From Azolla caroliniana (lineage: Eukaryota > Plantae > Polypodiophyta): a DNA stretch of 64,000 nucleotides. Positions 1 through 14,900 of the stretch are shown here, in pieces (within the stretch, counting starts at the first letter, position 1; the number at the start of each line of letters is the position of its first letter). A program made the translations under genes and the position numbers. Where the stretch lies: NCBI GenBank assembly GCA_043228905.1, contig JBHGNT010000145.1:1-64000 (forward strand). The letters run 5' to 3'. The notes under the pieces were generated by a model that was not told where the DNA came from, ran no database searches, and worked only from the letters and a program-made list of their open reading frames with translations.

Positions 1-3000
1 CTCTTCCCAACTCACTCCTGAAATTTGGTAATTTCGTCATGTCTCTCGACCTGAGTTTCAAAATCTTGATTTTTTAATTCCATTTCATAGCTAGCGTTGT
101 TAGCTTCGATTCGCATGTTTGAACACAAAAATCCGATATCACACGAGCCAGGTATGAACATTTTAATTTACTCAAGGCCTCCTCTGAACTCCCTCCTCAT
201 GTTTGCTAATTTCGTCATGTCTCTCGACCTGAGTTTCAAAAGCTTGATTTTTTAATTCCATATTATCGATAGCGTTGTTAGCTTCGATTCGCATGTTTGA
301 ACACAAAAATCCGATATCACACTCCAAGGGCTCCTCTCAACTCACTCCTCAAATTTGCTAATTTCGTCATTTCTCTCGACCTGAGTTTCAAAATCTTGAT
401 TTTTTAGTTCCATATCATAGCTAGCGTTGTTAGCTTCGATTCGCATGTTTGAACACAAAAATCCGATATCACACTCGCCAGGTATGAACATTTTAATTTA
501 CTCAAGGCCTCCTTTGAACTCCCTCCTCATGTTTGCTAATTTCATCATGTCTCTCGACCTGAGTTTCAAAATCTTGATTTTTTAATTCCATATTATCGAT
601 AGCGTTGTTAGCTTCGATTTGCATGTATGAACATAAAAATCTGATATCACACTCGCCAGGTATGAACATTTTAATTTACTCAAGGCCTCCTTTGAACTCC
701 CTCCTCATGTTTGCTAATTTCGTCATATCTCTCGACCTGAGTTTCAAAATCTTGATTTTTTAATTCCATATTATCGATAGCGTTGTTAGCTTCGATCCGC
801 ATGTTTGAACACAAAAATCCGATATCACACTCGCTAGGTATGAACATTTTAATTTACTCAAGGGCTCCTCTCAACTCACTCCTCAAATTTGGTAATTTCG
901 TCATTTCTCTCGACCTGAGTTTCAAAATCTTGATTTTTTAATTCCATATCATAGCTAGCGTTGTTAGCTTCGATTCGCATGTTTGAACACAAAAATCCGA
1001 TATCACACTCGCTAGGTATGAACATTTTAATTTACTCAAGGGCTCCTCTCAACTCACTCCTCATGTTTGCTAATTTTGTCATTTCTCTCGACCTGAGTTT
1101 CAAAATCTTGATTTTTTAACTCCATATCATAGCTAGCGTTGTTAGCTTCGATTCGCATGTTTGAACACAAAAATCCGATATCACACGAGCCAGGTATGAA
1201 CATTTTAATTTACTCAAGGCCTCCTTTGAACTCCCTCCTCATGTTTGCTAATTTCGTCATGTCTCTCGACCTGAGTTTCAAAATCTTGATTTTTTAATTC
1301 CATATCATAGCTAGCGTTGTTAGCTTCGATTCGCATGTTTGAACACAAAAATCCGATATCACACTCGCCAGGTATGAACATTTTAATTTACTCAAGGCCT
1401 CCTTTGAACTCTCTCCTCATGGTTGCTAATTTCGTCGTGTCTCTCGACCTGAGTTTCAAAATCTTGATTTTTTAATTCCATATTATCGATAGCGTTGTTA
1501 GCTTCGATTTGCATGTTTGAACACAAAAATCCGATATCACACGAGCCAGGTATGAACATTTTAATTTACTCAAGGCCTCCTTTGAACTCCCTCCTCATGT
1601 TTGCTAATTTCGTCGTGTCTCTCGACCTGAGTTTCAAAATCTTGATTTTTTAATTCCATATTATCGATAGCGTTGTTAGGTTCGATTCGCATGTTTGAAC
1701 ACAAAAATCCGATATCACACGAGCCAGGTATGAACTATTCAATTTACTCAAGGCCTCCTTTGAACTCCCTCCTCATGTTTGCTAATTTCGTCATATCTCT
1801 GGACCTGAGTTTCAAAATCTTGATTTTTTAACTCCATATCATAGCTAGCGTTGTAAGCTTCGATTCGAATGTTTGAACACAAAAATCCGATATCACACTC
1901 GCCAGGTATGAACATTTTAATTTACTCAAGGCCTCCTTTGAACTCTCTCCTCATGGTTGCTAATTTCGTCGTGTCTCTCGACCTGAGTTTCAAAATCTTG
2001 ATTTTTTAATTCCATATTATCGATAGCGTTGTTAGCTTCGATTTGCATGTTTGAACACAAAAATCCGATATCACACGAGCCAGGTATGAACATTTTAATT
2101 TACTCAAGGCCTCCTTTGAACTCCCTCCTCATGTTTGCTAATTTCGTCATGTCTCTCGACCTGAGTTTCAAAATCTTGATTTTTTAATTCCATATCATAG
2201 CTAGCGTTGTTAGCTTCGATTCGCATGTTTGAACACAAAAATCCGATATCACACTCGCCAGGTATGAACATTTTAATTTACTCAAGGCCTCCTCTGAACT
2301 CCCTCCTCATGGTTGCTAATTTCGTCGTGTCTCTCGACCTGAGTTTCATAATCTTGATTTTTTAATTCCATTTCATAGCTAGCATTGTTAGCTTCGATTC
2401 GCATGTTTGAACACAAAAATCCGATATCACACGAGCCAGGTATGAACATTTTAATTTACTCAAGGCCTCCTCTGAACTCCCTCCTCATGTTTGCTAATTT
2501 TGTCATGTCTCTCGACCTGAGTTTCAAAATCTTGATTTTTTAATTCCATATCATAGCTAGCGTTGTTAGCTTCGATTCGCATGTTTGAACACAAAAATCG
2601 GATATCACACGAGCCAGGTATGAACTATTTAATTTACTCAAGGCCTCCTTTGAACTCCCTCCTCATGTTTGCTAATTTCGTCATGTCTCTCGACCTGAGT
2701 TTCAAAATCTTGATTTTTTAATTCCATATCATAGCTAGCGTTGTTAGGTTCGATTCGCATGTTTGAACACAAAAATCCGATATCACACGAGCCAGATATG
2801 AACATTTTAATTTACCTACTAGCTCTTCCCAACTCACTCCTGAAATTTGGTAATTTCGTCATGTCTCTCGACCTGAGTTTCAAAATCTTGATTTTTTAAT
2901 TCCATTTCATAGCTAGCGTTGTTAGCTTCGATTCGCATGTTTGAACACAAAAATCCGATATCACACGAGCCAGGTATGAACATTTTAATTTACTCAAGGC

Positions 3001-5949
3001 CTCCTCTGAACTCCCTCCTCATGTTTGCTAATTTCGTCATGTCTCTCGACCTGAGTTTCAAAAGCTTGATTTTTTAATTCCATATTATCGATAGCGTTGT
3101 TAGCTTCGATTCGCATGTTTGAACACAAAAATCCGATATCACACTCGCTAGGTATGAACATTTTAATTTACTCAAGGGCTCCTCTCAACTCACTCCTCAA
3201 ATTTGCTAATTTCGTCATTTCTCTCGACCTGAGTTTCAAAATCTTGATTTTTTAGTTCCATATCATAGCTAGCGTTGTTAGCTTCGATTCGCATGTTTGA
3301 ACACAAAAATCCGATATCACACTCGCCAGGTATGAACATTTTAATTTACTCAAGGCCTCCTTTGAACTCCCTCCTCATGTTTGCTAATTTCATCATGTCT
3401 CTCGACCTGAGTTTCAAAATCTTGATTTTTTAATTCCATATTATCGATAGCGTTGTTAGCTTCGATTTGCATGTATGAACATAAAAATCTGATATCACAC
3501 TCGCCAGGTATGAACATTTTAATTTACTCAAGGCCTCCTTTGAACTCCCTCCTCATGTTTGCTAATTTCGTCATATCTCTCGACCTGAGTTTCAAAATCT
3601 TGATTTTTTAATTCCATATTATCGATAGCGTTGTTAGCTTCGATCCGCATGTTTGAACACAAAAATCCGATATCACACTCGCTAGGTATGAACATTTTAA
3701 TTTACTCAAGGGCTCCTCTCAACTCACTCCTCAAATTTGGTAATTTCGTCATTTCTCTCGACCTGAGTTTCAAAATCTTGATTTTTTAATTCCATATCAT
3801 AGCTAGCGTTGTTAGCTTCGATTCGCATGTTTGAACACAAAAATCCGATATCACACTCGCTAGGTATGAACATTTTAATTTACTCAAGGGCTCCTCTCAA
3901 CTCACTCCTCATGTTTGCTAATTTTGTCATTTCTCTCGACCTGAGTTTCAAAATCTTGATTTTTTAACTCCATATCATAGCTAGCGTTGTTAGCTTCGAT
4001 TCGCATGTTTGAACACAAAAATCCGATATCACACGAGCCAGGTATGAACATTTTAATTTACTCAAGGCCTCCTTTGAACTCCCTCCTCATGTTTGCTAAT
4101 TTCGTCATGTCTCTCGACCTGAGTTTCAAAATCTTGATTTTTTAATTCCATATCATAGCTAGCGTTGTTAGCTTCGATTCGCATGTTTGAACACAAAAAT
4201 CCGATATCACACTCGCCAGGTATGAACATTTTAATTTACTCAAGGCCTCCTTTGAACTCCCTCCTCATGGTTGCTAATTTCGTCGTGTCTCTCGACCTGA
4301 GTTTCAAAATCTTGATTTTTTAATTCCATATTATCGATAGCGTTGTTAGCTTCGATTTGCATGTTTGAACACAAAAATCCGATATCACACGAGCCAGGTA
4401 TGAACATTTTAATTTACTCAAGGCCTCCTTTGAACTCCCTCCTCATGTTTGCTAATTTCGTCGTGTCTCTCGAACTGAGTTTCAAAATCTTGATTTTTTA
4501 ATTCCATATTATCGATAGCGTTGTTAGCTTCGATTCGCATGTTTGAACACAAAAATCCGATATCACACTCGCCAGGTATGAACATTTTAATTTACTCAAG
4601 GCCTCCTTTGAACTCTCTCCTCATGGTTGCTAATTTCGTCGTGTCTCTCGACCTGAGTTTCAAAATCTTGATTTTTTAATTCCATATTATCGATAGCGTT
4701 GTTAGCTTCGATTGGCATGTTTGAACACAAAAATCCGATATCACACGAGCCAGGTATGAACATTTTAATTTACTCAAGGCCTCCTTTGAACTCCCTCCTC
4801 ATGTTTGCTAATTTCGTCGTGTCTCTCGAACTGAGTTTCAAAATCTTGATTTTTTAATTCCATATCATAGCTAGCGTTGTTAGCTTCGATTCGCATGTTT
4901 GAACACAAAAATCCGATATCACACGAGCCAGGTATGAACATTTTAATTTACTCAAGGCCTCCTCTGAACTCCCTCCTCATGGTTGCTAATTTCGTCGTGT
5001 CTCTCGACCTGAGTTTCAAAATCTTGATTTTTTAATTCCATATCATAGCTAGCGTTGTTAGGTTCGATTCGCATGTTTGAACACAAAAATCCGATATCAC
5101 ACGAGCCAGATATGAACATTTTAATTTACCTACTAGCTCTTCCCAACTCACTCCTGAAATTTGGTAATTTCGTCATGTCTCTCGACCTGAGTTTCAAAAT
5201 CTTGATTTTTTAATTCCATTTCATAGCTAGCGTTGTTAGCTTCGATTCGCATGTTTGAACACAAAAATCCGATATCACACGAGCCAGGTATGAACATTTT
5301 AATTTACTCAAGGCCTCCTCTGAACTCCCTCCTCATGTTTGCTAATTTCGTCATGTCTCTCGACCTGAGTTTCAAAAGCTTGATTTTTTAATTCCATATT
5401 ATCGATAGCGTTGTTAGCTTCGATTCGCATGTTTGAACACAAAAATCCGATATCACACTCGCTAGGTATGAACATTTTAATTTACTCAAGGGCTCCTCTC
5501 AACTCACTCCTCAAATTTGCTAATTTCGTCATTTCTCTCGACCTGAGTTTCAAAATCTTGATTTTTTAGTTCAATATCATAGCTAGCGTTGTTAGCTTCG
5601 ATTCGCATGTTTGAACACAAAAATCCGATATCACACTCGCCAGGTATGAACATTTTAATTTACTCAAGGCCTCCTTTGAACTCCCTCCTCATGTTTGCTA
5701 ATTTCATCATGTCTCTCGACCTGAGTTTCAAAATCTTGATTTTTTAATTCCATATTATCGATAGCGTTGTTAGCTTCGATTTGCATGTATGAACATAAAA
5801 ATCTGATATCACACTCGCCAGGTATGAACATTTTAATTTACTCAAGGCCTCCTTTGAACTCCCTCCTCATGTTTGCTAATTTCGTCATATCTCTCTACCT
5901 GAGTTTCAAAATCTTGATTTTTTAATTCCATATTATCGATAGCGTTGTT

Positions 5950-8900
5950 AGCTTCGATTCGCATGTTTGAACACAAAAATCCGATATCACACTTGCTAGG
6001 TATGAACATTTTAATTTACTCAAGGGCTCCTCTCAACTCACTCCTCAAATTTGGTAATTTCGTCATTTCTCTCGACCTGAGTTTCAAAATCTTGATTTTT
6101 TAATTCCATATCATAGCTAGCGTTGTTAGCTTCGATTCACATGTTTGAACACAAAAATCCGATATCACACTCGCTAGGTATGAACATTTTAATTTACTCA
6201 AGGGCTCCTCTCAACTCACTCCTCATGTTTGCTAATTTCGTCATTTCTCTCGACCTGAGTTTCAAAATCTTGATTTTTTAACTCCATATCATAGCTAGCG
6301 TTGTTAGCTTCGATTCGCATGTTTGAACACAAAAATCCGATATCACACGAGCCAGGTATGAACATTTTAATTTACTCAAGGCCTCCTTTGAACTCCCTCC
6401 TCATGTTTGCTAATTTCGTCATGTCTCTCGACCTGAGTTTCAAAATCTTGATTTTTTAATTCCATATCATAGCTAGCGTTGTTAGCTTCGATTCGCATGT
6501 TTGAACACAAAAATCCGATATCACACTCGCCAGGTATGAACATTTTAATTTACTCAAGGCCTCCTTTGAACTCTCTCCTCATGGTTGCTAATTTCGTCGT
6601 GTCTCTCGACCTGAGTTTCAAAATCTTGATTTTTTAATTCCATATTATCGATAGCGTTGTTAGCTTCGATTTGCATGTTTGAACACAAAAATCCGATATC
6701 ACACGAGCCAGGTATGAACATTTTAATTTACTCAAGGCCTCCTTTGAACTCCCTCCTCATGTTTGCTAATTTCGTCGTGTCTCTCGAACTGAGTTTCAAA
6801 ATCTTGATTTTTTAATTCCATATCATAGCTAGCGTTGTTAGCTTCGATTCGCATGTTTGAACACAAAAATCCGATATCACACGAGCCAGGTATGAACATT
6901 TTAATTTACTCAAGGCCTCCTCTGAACTCCCTCCTCATGGTTGCTAATTTCGTCGTGTCTCTCGACCTGAGTTTCATAATCTTTATTTTTTAATTCCATT
7001 TCATAGCTAGCATTGTTAGCTTCGATTCGCATGTTTGAACACAAAAATCCGATATCACACGAGCCAGGTATGAACTATTTAATTTACTCAAGGCCTCCTT
7101 TGAACTCCCTCCTCATGTTTGCTAATTTCGTCATGTCTCTCGACCTGAGTTTCAAAATCTTGATTTTTTAATTCCATATCATAGCTAGCGTTGTTAGCTT
7201 CGATTCGCATGTTTGAACACAAAAATCCGATATCACACGAGCCATGTATGAACATTTTAATTTACTCAAGGCCTCCTTTGAACTCCCTCCTCATGTTTGC
7301 TAATTTCGTCGTGTCTCTCGACCTGAGTTTCAAAATCTTGATTTTTTAATTCCATATCATAGCTAGCGTTGTTAGGTTCGATTCGCATGTTTGAACACAA
7401 AAATCCGATATCACACGAGCCAGATATGAACATTTTAATTTACCTACTAGCTCTTCCCAACTCACTCCTGAAATTTGGTAATTTCGTCATGTCTCTCGAC
7501 CTGAGTTTCAAAATCTTGATTTTTTAATTCCATTTCATAGCTAGCGTTGTTAGCTTCGATTCGCATGTTTGAACACAAAAATCCGATATCACACTCGCTA
7601 GGTATGAACATTTTAATTTACTCAAGGGCTCCTCTCAACTCACTCCTCATGTTTGCTAATTTCGTCATTTCTCTCGACCTGAGTTTCAAATTCTTGATTT
7701 TTTAACTCCATATCATAGCTAGCGTTGTTAGCTTCGATTCGCATGTTTGAACACAAAAATCCGATATCACACGAGCCAGGTATGAACATTTTAATTTACT
7801 CAAGGCCTCCTTTGAACTCCCTCCTCATGTTTGCTAATTTCGTCATGTCTCTCGACCTGAGTTTCAAAATCTTGATTTTTTAATTCCATATCATAGCTAG
7901 CGTTGTTAGCTTCGATTCGCATGTTTGAACACAAAAATCCGATATCACACTCGCCAGGTATGAACATTTTAATTTACTCAAGGCCTCCTTTGAACTCCCT
8001 CCTCATGGTTGCTAATTTCGTCGTGTCTCTCGACCTGAGTTTCAAAATCTGGATTTTTTAATTCCATATTATCGATAGCGTTGTTAGCTTCGATTTGCAT
8101 GTTTGAACACAAAAATCCGATATCACACGAGCCAGGTATGAACATTTTAATTTACTCAAGGCCTCCTTTGAACTCCCTCCTCATGTTTGCTAATTTCGTC
8201 GTGTCTCTCGAACTGAGTTTCAAAATCTTGATTTTTTAATTCCATATCATAGCTAGCGTTGTTAGCTTCGATTCGCATGTTTGAACACAAAAATCCGATA
8301 TCACACGAGCCAGGTATGAACATTTTAATTTACTCAAGGCCTCCTCTGAACTCCCTCCTCATGGTTGCTAATTTCGTCGTGTCTCTCGACCTGAGTTTCA
8401 TAATCTTTATTTTTTAATTCCATTTCATAGCTAGCATTGTTAGCTTCGATTCGCATGTTTGAACACAAAAATCCGATATCACACGAGCCAGGTATGAACT
8501 ATTTAATTTACTCAAGGCCTCCTTTGAACTCCCTCCTCATGTTTGCTAATTTCGTCATGTCTCTCGACCTGAGTTTCAAAATCTTGATTTTTTAATTCCA
8601 TATCATAGCTAGCGTTGTTAGCTTCGATTCGCATGTTTGAACACAAAAATCCGATATCACACGAGCCAAGTATGAACATTTTAATTTACTCAAGGCCTCC
8701 TTTGAACTCCCTCCTCATGTTTGCTAATTTCGTCGTGTCTCTCGACCTGAGTTTCAAAATCTTGATTTTTTAATTCCATATCATAGCTAGCGTTGTTAGG
8801 TTCGATTCGCATGTTTGAACACAAAAATCCGATATCACACGAGCCAGATATGAACATTTTAATTTACCTACTAGCTCTTCCCAACTCACTCCTGAAATTT

Positions 8901-11900
8901 GGTAATTTCGTCATGTCTCTCGACCTGAGTTTCAAAATCTTGATTTTTTAATTCCATATCATAGCTAGCGTTGTTAGCTTCGATTCGCATGTTTGAACAC
9001 AAAAATCCGATATCACACGAGCCAGGTATGAACATTTTAATTTACTCAAGGCCTCCTTTGAACTCCCTCCTCATGTTTGCTAATTTCGTCATGTCTCTCG
9101 ACCTGAGTTTCAAAATCTTGATTTTTTAATTCCATATCATAGCTAGCGTTGTTAGCTTCGATTCGCATGTTTGAACACAAAAATCCGATATCACACTCGC
9201 TAGGTATGAACATTTTAATTTACTCAAGGGCTCCTCTCAACTCACTCCTCATGTTTGCTAATTTCGTCATTTCTCTCGACCTGAGTTTCAAAATCTTGAT
9301 TTTTTAACTCCATATCATAGCTAGCGTTGTTAGCTTCGATTCGCATGTTTGAACACAAAAATCCGATATCACACGAGCCAGGTATGAACATTTTAATTTA
9401 CTCAAGGCCTCCTTTGAACTCCCTCCTCATGTTTGCTAATTTCGTCATGTCTCTCGACCTGAGTTTCAAAATCTTGATTTTTTAATTCCATATCATAGCT
9501 AGCGTTGTTAGCTTCGATTCGCATGTTTGAACACAAAAATCCGATATCACACTCGCCAGGTATGAACATTTTAATTTACTCAAGGCCTCCTTTGAACTCT
9601 CTCCTCATGGTTGCTAATTTCGTCGTGTCTCTCGACCTGAGTTTCAAAATCTTGATTTTTTAATTCCATATTATCGATAGCGTTGTTAGCTTCGATTTGC
9701 ATGTTTGAACACAAAAATCCGATATCACACGAGCGAGGTATGAACATTTTAATTTACTCAAGGCCTCCTTTGAACTCCCTCCTCATGTTTGCTAATTTCG
9801 TCGTGTCTCTCGAACTGAGTTTCAAAATCTTGATTTTTTAATTCCATATCATAGCTAGCGTTGTTAGCTTCGATTCGCATGTTTGAACACAAAAATCCGA
9901 TATCACACGAGCCAGGTATGAACATTTTAATTTACTCAAGGCCTCCTCTGAACTCCCTCCTCATGGTTGCTAATTTCGTCGTGTCTCTCGACCTGAGTTT
10001 CATAATCTTTATTTTTTAATTCCATTTCATAGCTAGCATTGTTAGCTTCGATTCGCATGTTTGAACACAAAAATCCGATATCACACGAGCCAGGTATGAA
10101 CTATTTAATTTACTCAAGGCCTCCTTTGAACTCCCTCCTCATGTTTGCTAATTTCGTCATGTCTCTCGACCTGAGTTTCAAAATCTTGATTTTTTAATTC
10201 CATATCATAGCTAGCGTTGTTAGCTTCGATTCGCATGTTTGAACACAAAAATCCGATATCACACGAGCCATGTATGAACATTTTAATTTACTCAAGGCCT
10301 CCTTTGAACTCCCTCCTCATGTTTGCTAATTTCGTCGTGTCTCTCGACCTGAGTTTCAAAATCTTGATTTTTTAATTCCATATCATAGCTAGCGTTGTTA
10401 GGTTCGATTCGCATGTTTGAACACAAAAATCCGATATCACACGAGCCAGATATGAACATTTTAATTTACCTACTAGCTCTTCCCAACTCACTCCTGAAAT
10501 TTGGTAATTTCGTCATGTCTCTCGACCTGAGTTTCAAAATCTTGATTTTTTAATTCCATTTCATAGCTAGCGTTGTTAGCTTCGATTCGCATGTTTGAAC
10601 ACAAAAATCCGATATCACACTCGCTAGGTATGAACATTTTAATTTACTCAAGGGCTCCTCTCAACTCACTCCTCATGTTTGCTAATTTCGTCATTTCTCT
10701 CGACCTGAGTTTCAAATTCTTGATTTTTTAACTCCATATCATAGCTAGCGTTGTTAGCTTCGATTCGCATGTTTGAACACAAAAATCCGATATCACACGA
10801 GCCAGGTATGAACATTTTAATTTACTCAAGGCCTCCTTTGAACTCCCTCCTCATGTTTGCTAATTTCGTCATGTCTCTCGACCTGAGTTTCAAAATCTTG
10901 ATTTTTTAATTCCATATCATAGCTAGCGTTGTTAGCTTCGATTCGCATGTTTGAACACAAAAATCCGATATCACACTCGCCAGGTATGAACATTTTAATT
11001 TACTCAAGGCCTCCTTTGAACTCCCTCCTCATGGTTGCTAATTTCGTCGTGTCTCTCGACCTGAGTTTCAAAATCTGGATTTTTTAATTCCATATTATCG
11101 ATAGCGTTGTTAGCTTCGATTTGCATGTTTGAACACAAAAATCCGATATCACACGAGCCAGGTATGAACATTTTAATTTACTCAAGGCCTCCTTTGAACT
11201 CCCTCCTCATGTTTGCTAATTTCGTCGTGTCTCTCGAACTGAGTTTCAAAATCTTGATTTTTTAATTCCATATCATAGCTAGCGTTGTTAGCTTCGATTC
11301 GCATGTTTGAACACAAAAATCCGATATCACACGAGCCAGGTATGAACATTTTAATTTACTCAAGGCCTCCTCTGAACTCCCTCCTCATGGTTGCTAATTT
11401 CGTCGTGTCTCTCGACCTGAGTTTCATAATCTTTATTTTTTAATTCCATTTCATAGCTAGCATTGTTAGCTTCGATTCGCATGTTTGAACACAAAAATCC
11501 GATATCACACGAGCCAGGTATGAACTATTTAATTTACTCAAGGCCTCCTTTGAACTCCCTCCTCATGTTTGCTAATTTCGTCATGTCTCTCGACCTGAGT
11601 TTCAAAATCTTGATTTTTTAATTCCATATCATAGCTAGCGTTGTTAGCTTCGATTCGCATGTTTGAACACAAAAATCCGATATCACACGAGCCAAGTATG
11701 AACATTTTAATTTACTCAAGGCCTCCTTTGAACTCCCTCCTCATGTTTGCTAATTTCGTCATGTCTCTCGACCTGAGTTTCAAAATCTTGATTTTTTAAT
11801 TCCATATTATCGATAGCGTTGTTAGCTTCGATTCGCATGTTTGAACACAAAAATCCGATATCACACTTGCTAGGTATGAACATTTTAATTTACTCAAGGG

Positions 11901-14900
11901 CTCCTCTCAACTCACTCCTCAAATTTGGTAATTTCGTCATTTCTCTCGACCTGAGTTTCAAAATCTTGATTTTTTAATTCCATATCATAGCTAGCGTTGT
12001 TAGCTTCGATTCACATGTTTGAACACAAAAATCCGATATCACACTCGCTAGGTATGAACATTTTAATTTACTCAAGGGCTCCTCTCAACTCACTCCTCAT
12101 GTTTGCTAATTTCGTCATTTCTCTCGACCTGAGTTTCAAAATCTTGATTTTTTAACTCCATATCATAGCTAGCGTTGTTAGCTTCGATTCGCATGTTTGA
12201 ACACAAAAATCCGATATCACACGAGCCAGGTATGAACATTTTAATTTACTCAAGGCCTCCTTTGAACTCCCTCCTCATGTTTGCTAATTTCGTCATGTCT
12301 CTCGACCTGAGTTTCAAAATCTTGATTTTTTAATTCCATATCATAGCTAGCGTTGTTAGCTTCGATTCGCATGTTTGAACACAAAAATCCGATATCACAC
12401 TCGCTAGGTATGAACATTTTAATTTACTCAAGGCCTCCTTTGAACTCTCTCCTCATGGTTGCTAATTTCGTCGTGTCTCTCGACCTGAGTTTCAAAATCT
12501 TGATTTTTTAATTCCATATTATCGATAGCGTTGTTAGCTTCGATTTGCATGTTTGAACACAAAAATCCGATATCACACGAGCCAGGTATGAACATTTTAA
12601 TTTACTCAAGGCCTCCTTTGAACTCCCTCCTCATGTTTGCTAATTTCGTCGTGTCTCTCGAACTGAGTTTCAAAATCTTGATTTTTTAATTCCATATCAT
12701 AGCTAGCGTTGTTAGCTTCGATTCGCATGTTTGAACACAAAAATCCGATATCACACGAGCCAGGTATGAACATTTTAATTTACTCAAGGCCTCCTCTGAA
12801 CTCCCTCCTCATGGTTGCTAATTTCGTCGTGTCTCTCGACCTGAGTTTCATAATCTTTATTTTTTAATTCCATTTCATAGCTAGCATTGTTAGCTTCGAT
12901 TCGCATGTTTGAACACAAAAATCCGATATCACACGAGCCAGGTATGAACTATTTAATTTACTCAAGGCCTCCTTTGAACTCCCTCCTCATGTTTGCTAAT
13001 TTCGTCATGTCTCTCGACCTGAGTTTCAAAATCTTGATTTTTTAATTCCATATCATAGCTAGCGTTGTTAGCTTCGATTCGCATGTTTGAACACAAAAAT
13101 CCGATATCACACGAGCCATGTATGAACATTTTAATTTACTCAAGGCCTCCTTTGAACTCCCTCCTCATGTTTGCTAATTTCGTCGTGTCTCTCGACCTGA
13201 GTTTCAAAATCTTGATTTTTTAATTCCATATCATAGCTAGCGTTGTTAGGTTCGATTCGCATGTTTGAACACAAAAATCCGATATCACACGAGCCAGATA
13301 TGAACATTTTAATTTACCTACTAGCTCTTCCCAACTCACTCCTGAAATTTGGTAATTTCGTCATGTCTCTCGACCTGAGTTTCAAAATCTTGATTTTTTA
13401 ATTCCATTTCATAGCTAGCGTTGTTAGCTTCGATTCGCATGTTTGAACACAAAAATCCGATATCACACTCGCTAGGTATGAACATTTTAATTTACTCAAG
13501 GGCTCCTCTCAACTCACTCCTCATGTTTGCTAATTTCGTCATTTCTCTCGACCTGAGTTTCAAATTCTTGATTTTTTAACTCCATATCATAGCTAGCGTT
13601 GTTAGCTTCGATTCGCATGTTTGAACACAAAAATCCGATATCACACGAGCCAGGTATGAACATTTTAATTTACTCAAGGCCTCCTTTGAACTCCCTCCTC
13701 ATGTTTGCTAATTTCGTCATGTCTCTCGACCTGAGTTTCAAAATCTTGATTTTTTAATTCCATATCATAGCTAGCGTTGTTAGCTTCGATTCGCATGTTT
13801 GAACACAAAAATCCGATATCACACTCGCCAGGTATGAACATTTTAATTTACTCAAGGCCTCCTTTGAACTCCCTCCTCATGGTTGCTAATTTCGTCGTGT
13901 CTCTCGACCTGAGTTTCAAAATCTGGATTTTTTAATTCCATATTATCGATAGCGTTGTTAGCTTCGATTTGCATGTTTGAACACAAAAATCCGATATCAC
14001 ACGAGCCAGGTATGAACATTTTAATTTACTCAAGGCCTCCTTTGAACTCCCTCCTCATGTTTGCTAATTTCGTCGTGTCTCTCGAACTGAGTTTCAAAAT
14101 CTTGATTTTTTAATTCCATATCATAGCTAGCGTTGTTAGCTTCGATTCGCATGTTTGAACACAAAAATCCGATATCACACGAGCCAGGTATGAACATTTT
14201 AATTTACTCAAGGCCTCCTCTGAACTCCCTCCTCATGGTTGCTAATTTCGTCGTGTCTCTCGACCTGAGTTTCATAATCTTTATTTTTTAATTCCATTTC
14301 ATAGCTAGCATTGTTAGCTTCGATTCGCATGTTTGAACACAAAAATCCGATATCACACGAGCCAGGTATGAACTATTTAATTTACTCAAGGCCTCCTTTG
14401 AACTCCCTCCTCATGTTTGCTAATTTCGTCATGTCTCTCGACCTGAGTTTCAAAATCTTGATTTTTTAATTCCATATCATAGCTAGCGTTGTTAGCTTCG
14501 ATTCGCATGTTTGAACACAAAAATCCGATATCACACGAGCCAAGTATGAACATTTTAATTTACTCAAGGCCTCCTTTGAACTCCCTCCTCATGTTTGCTA
14601 ATTTCGTCGTGTCTCTCGACCTGAGTTTCAAAATCTTGATTTTTTAATTCCATATTATCGATAGCGTTGTTAGCTTCGATTCGCATGTTTGAACACAAAA
14701 ATCCGATATCACACTTGCTAGGTATGAACATTTTAATTTACTCAAGGGCTCCTCTCAACTCACTCCTCAAATTTGGTAATTTCGTCATTTCTCTCGACCT
14801 GAGTTTCAAAATCTTGATTTTTTAATTCCATATCATAGCTAGCGTTGTTAGCTTCGATTCACATGTTTGAACACAAAAATCCGATATCACACTCGCTAGG

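Noticed and set aside
30-207. Monomer as an ancient 2x89-bp dimer (TTTTAATT recurs 89 bp apart)
   Set aside because: The two halves do not align outside that AT-rich 8-mer.
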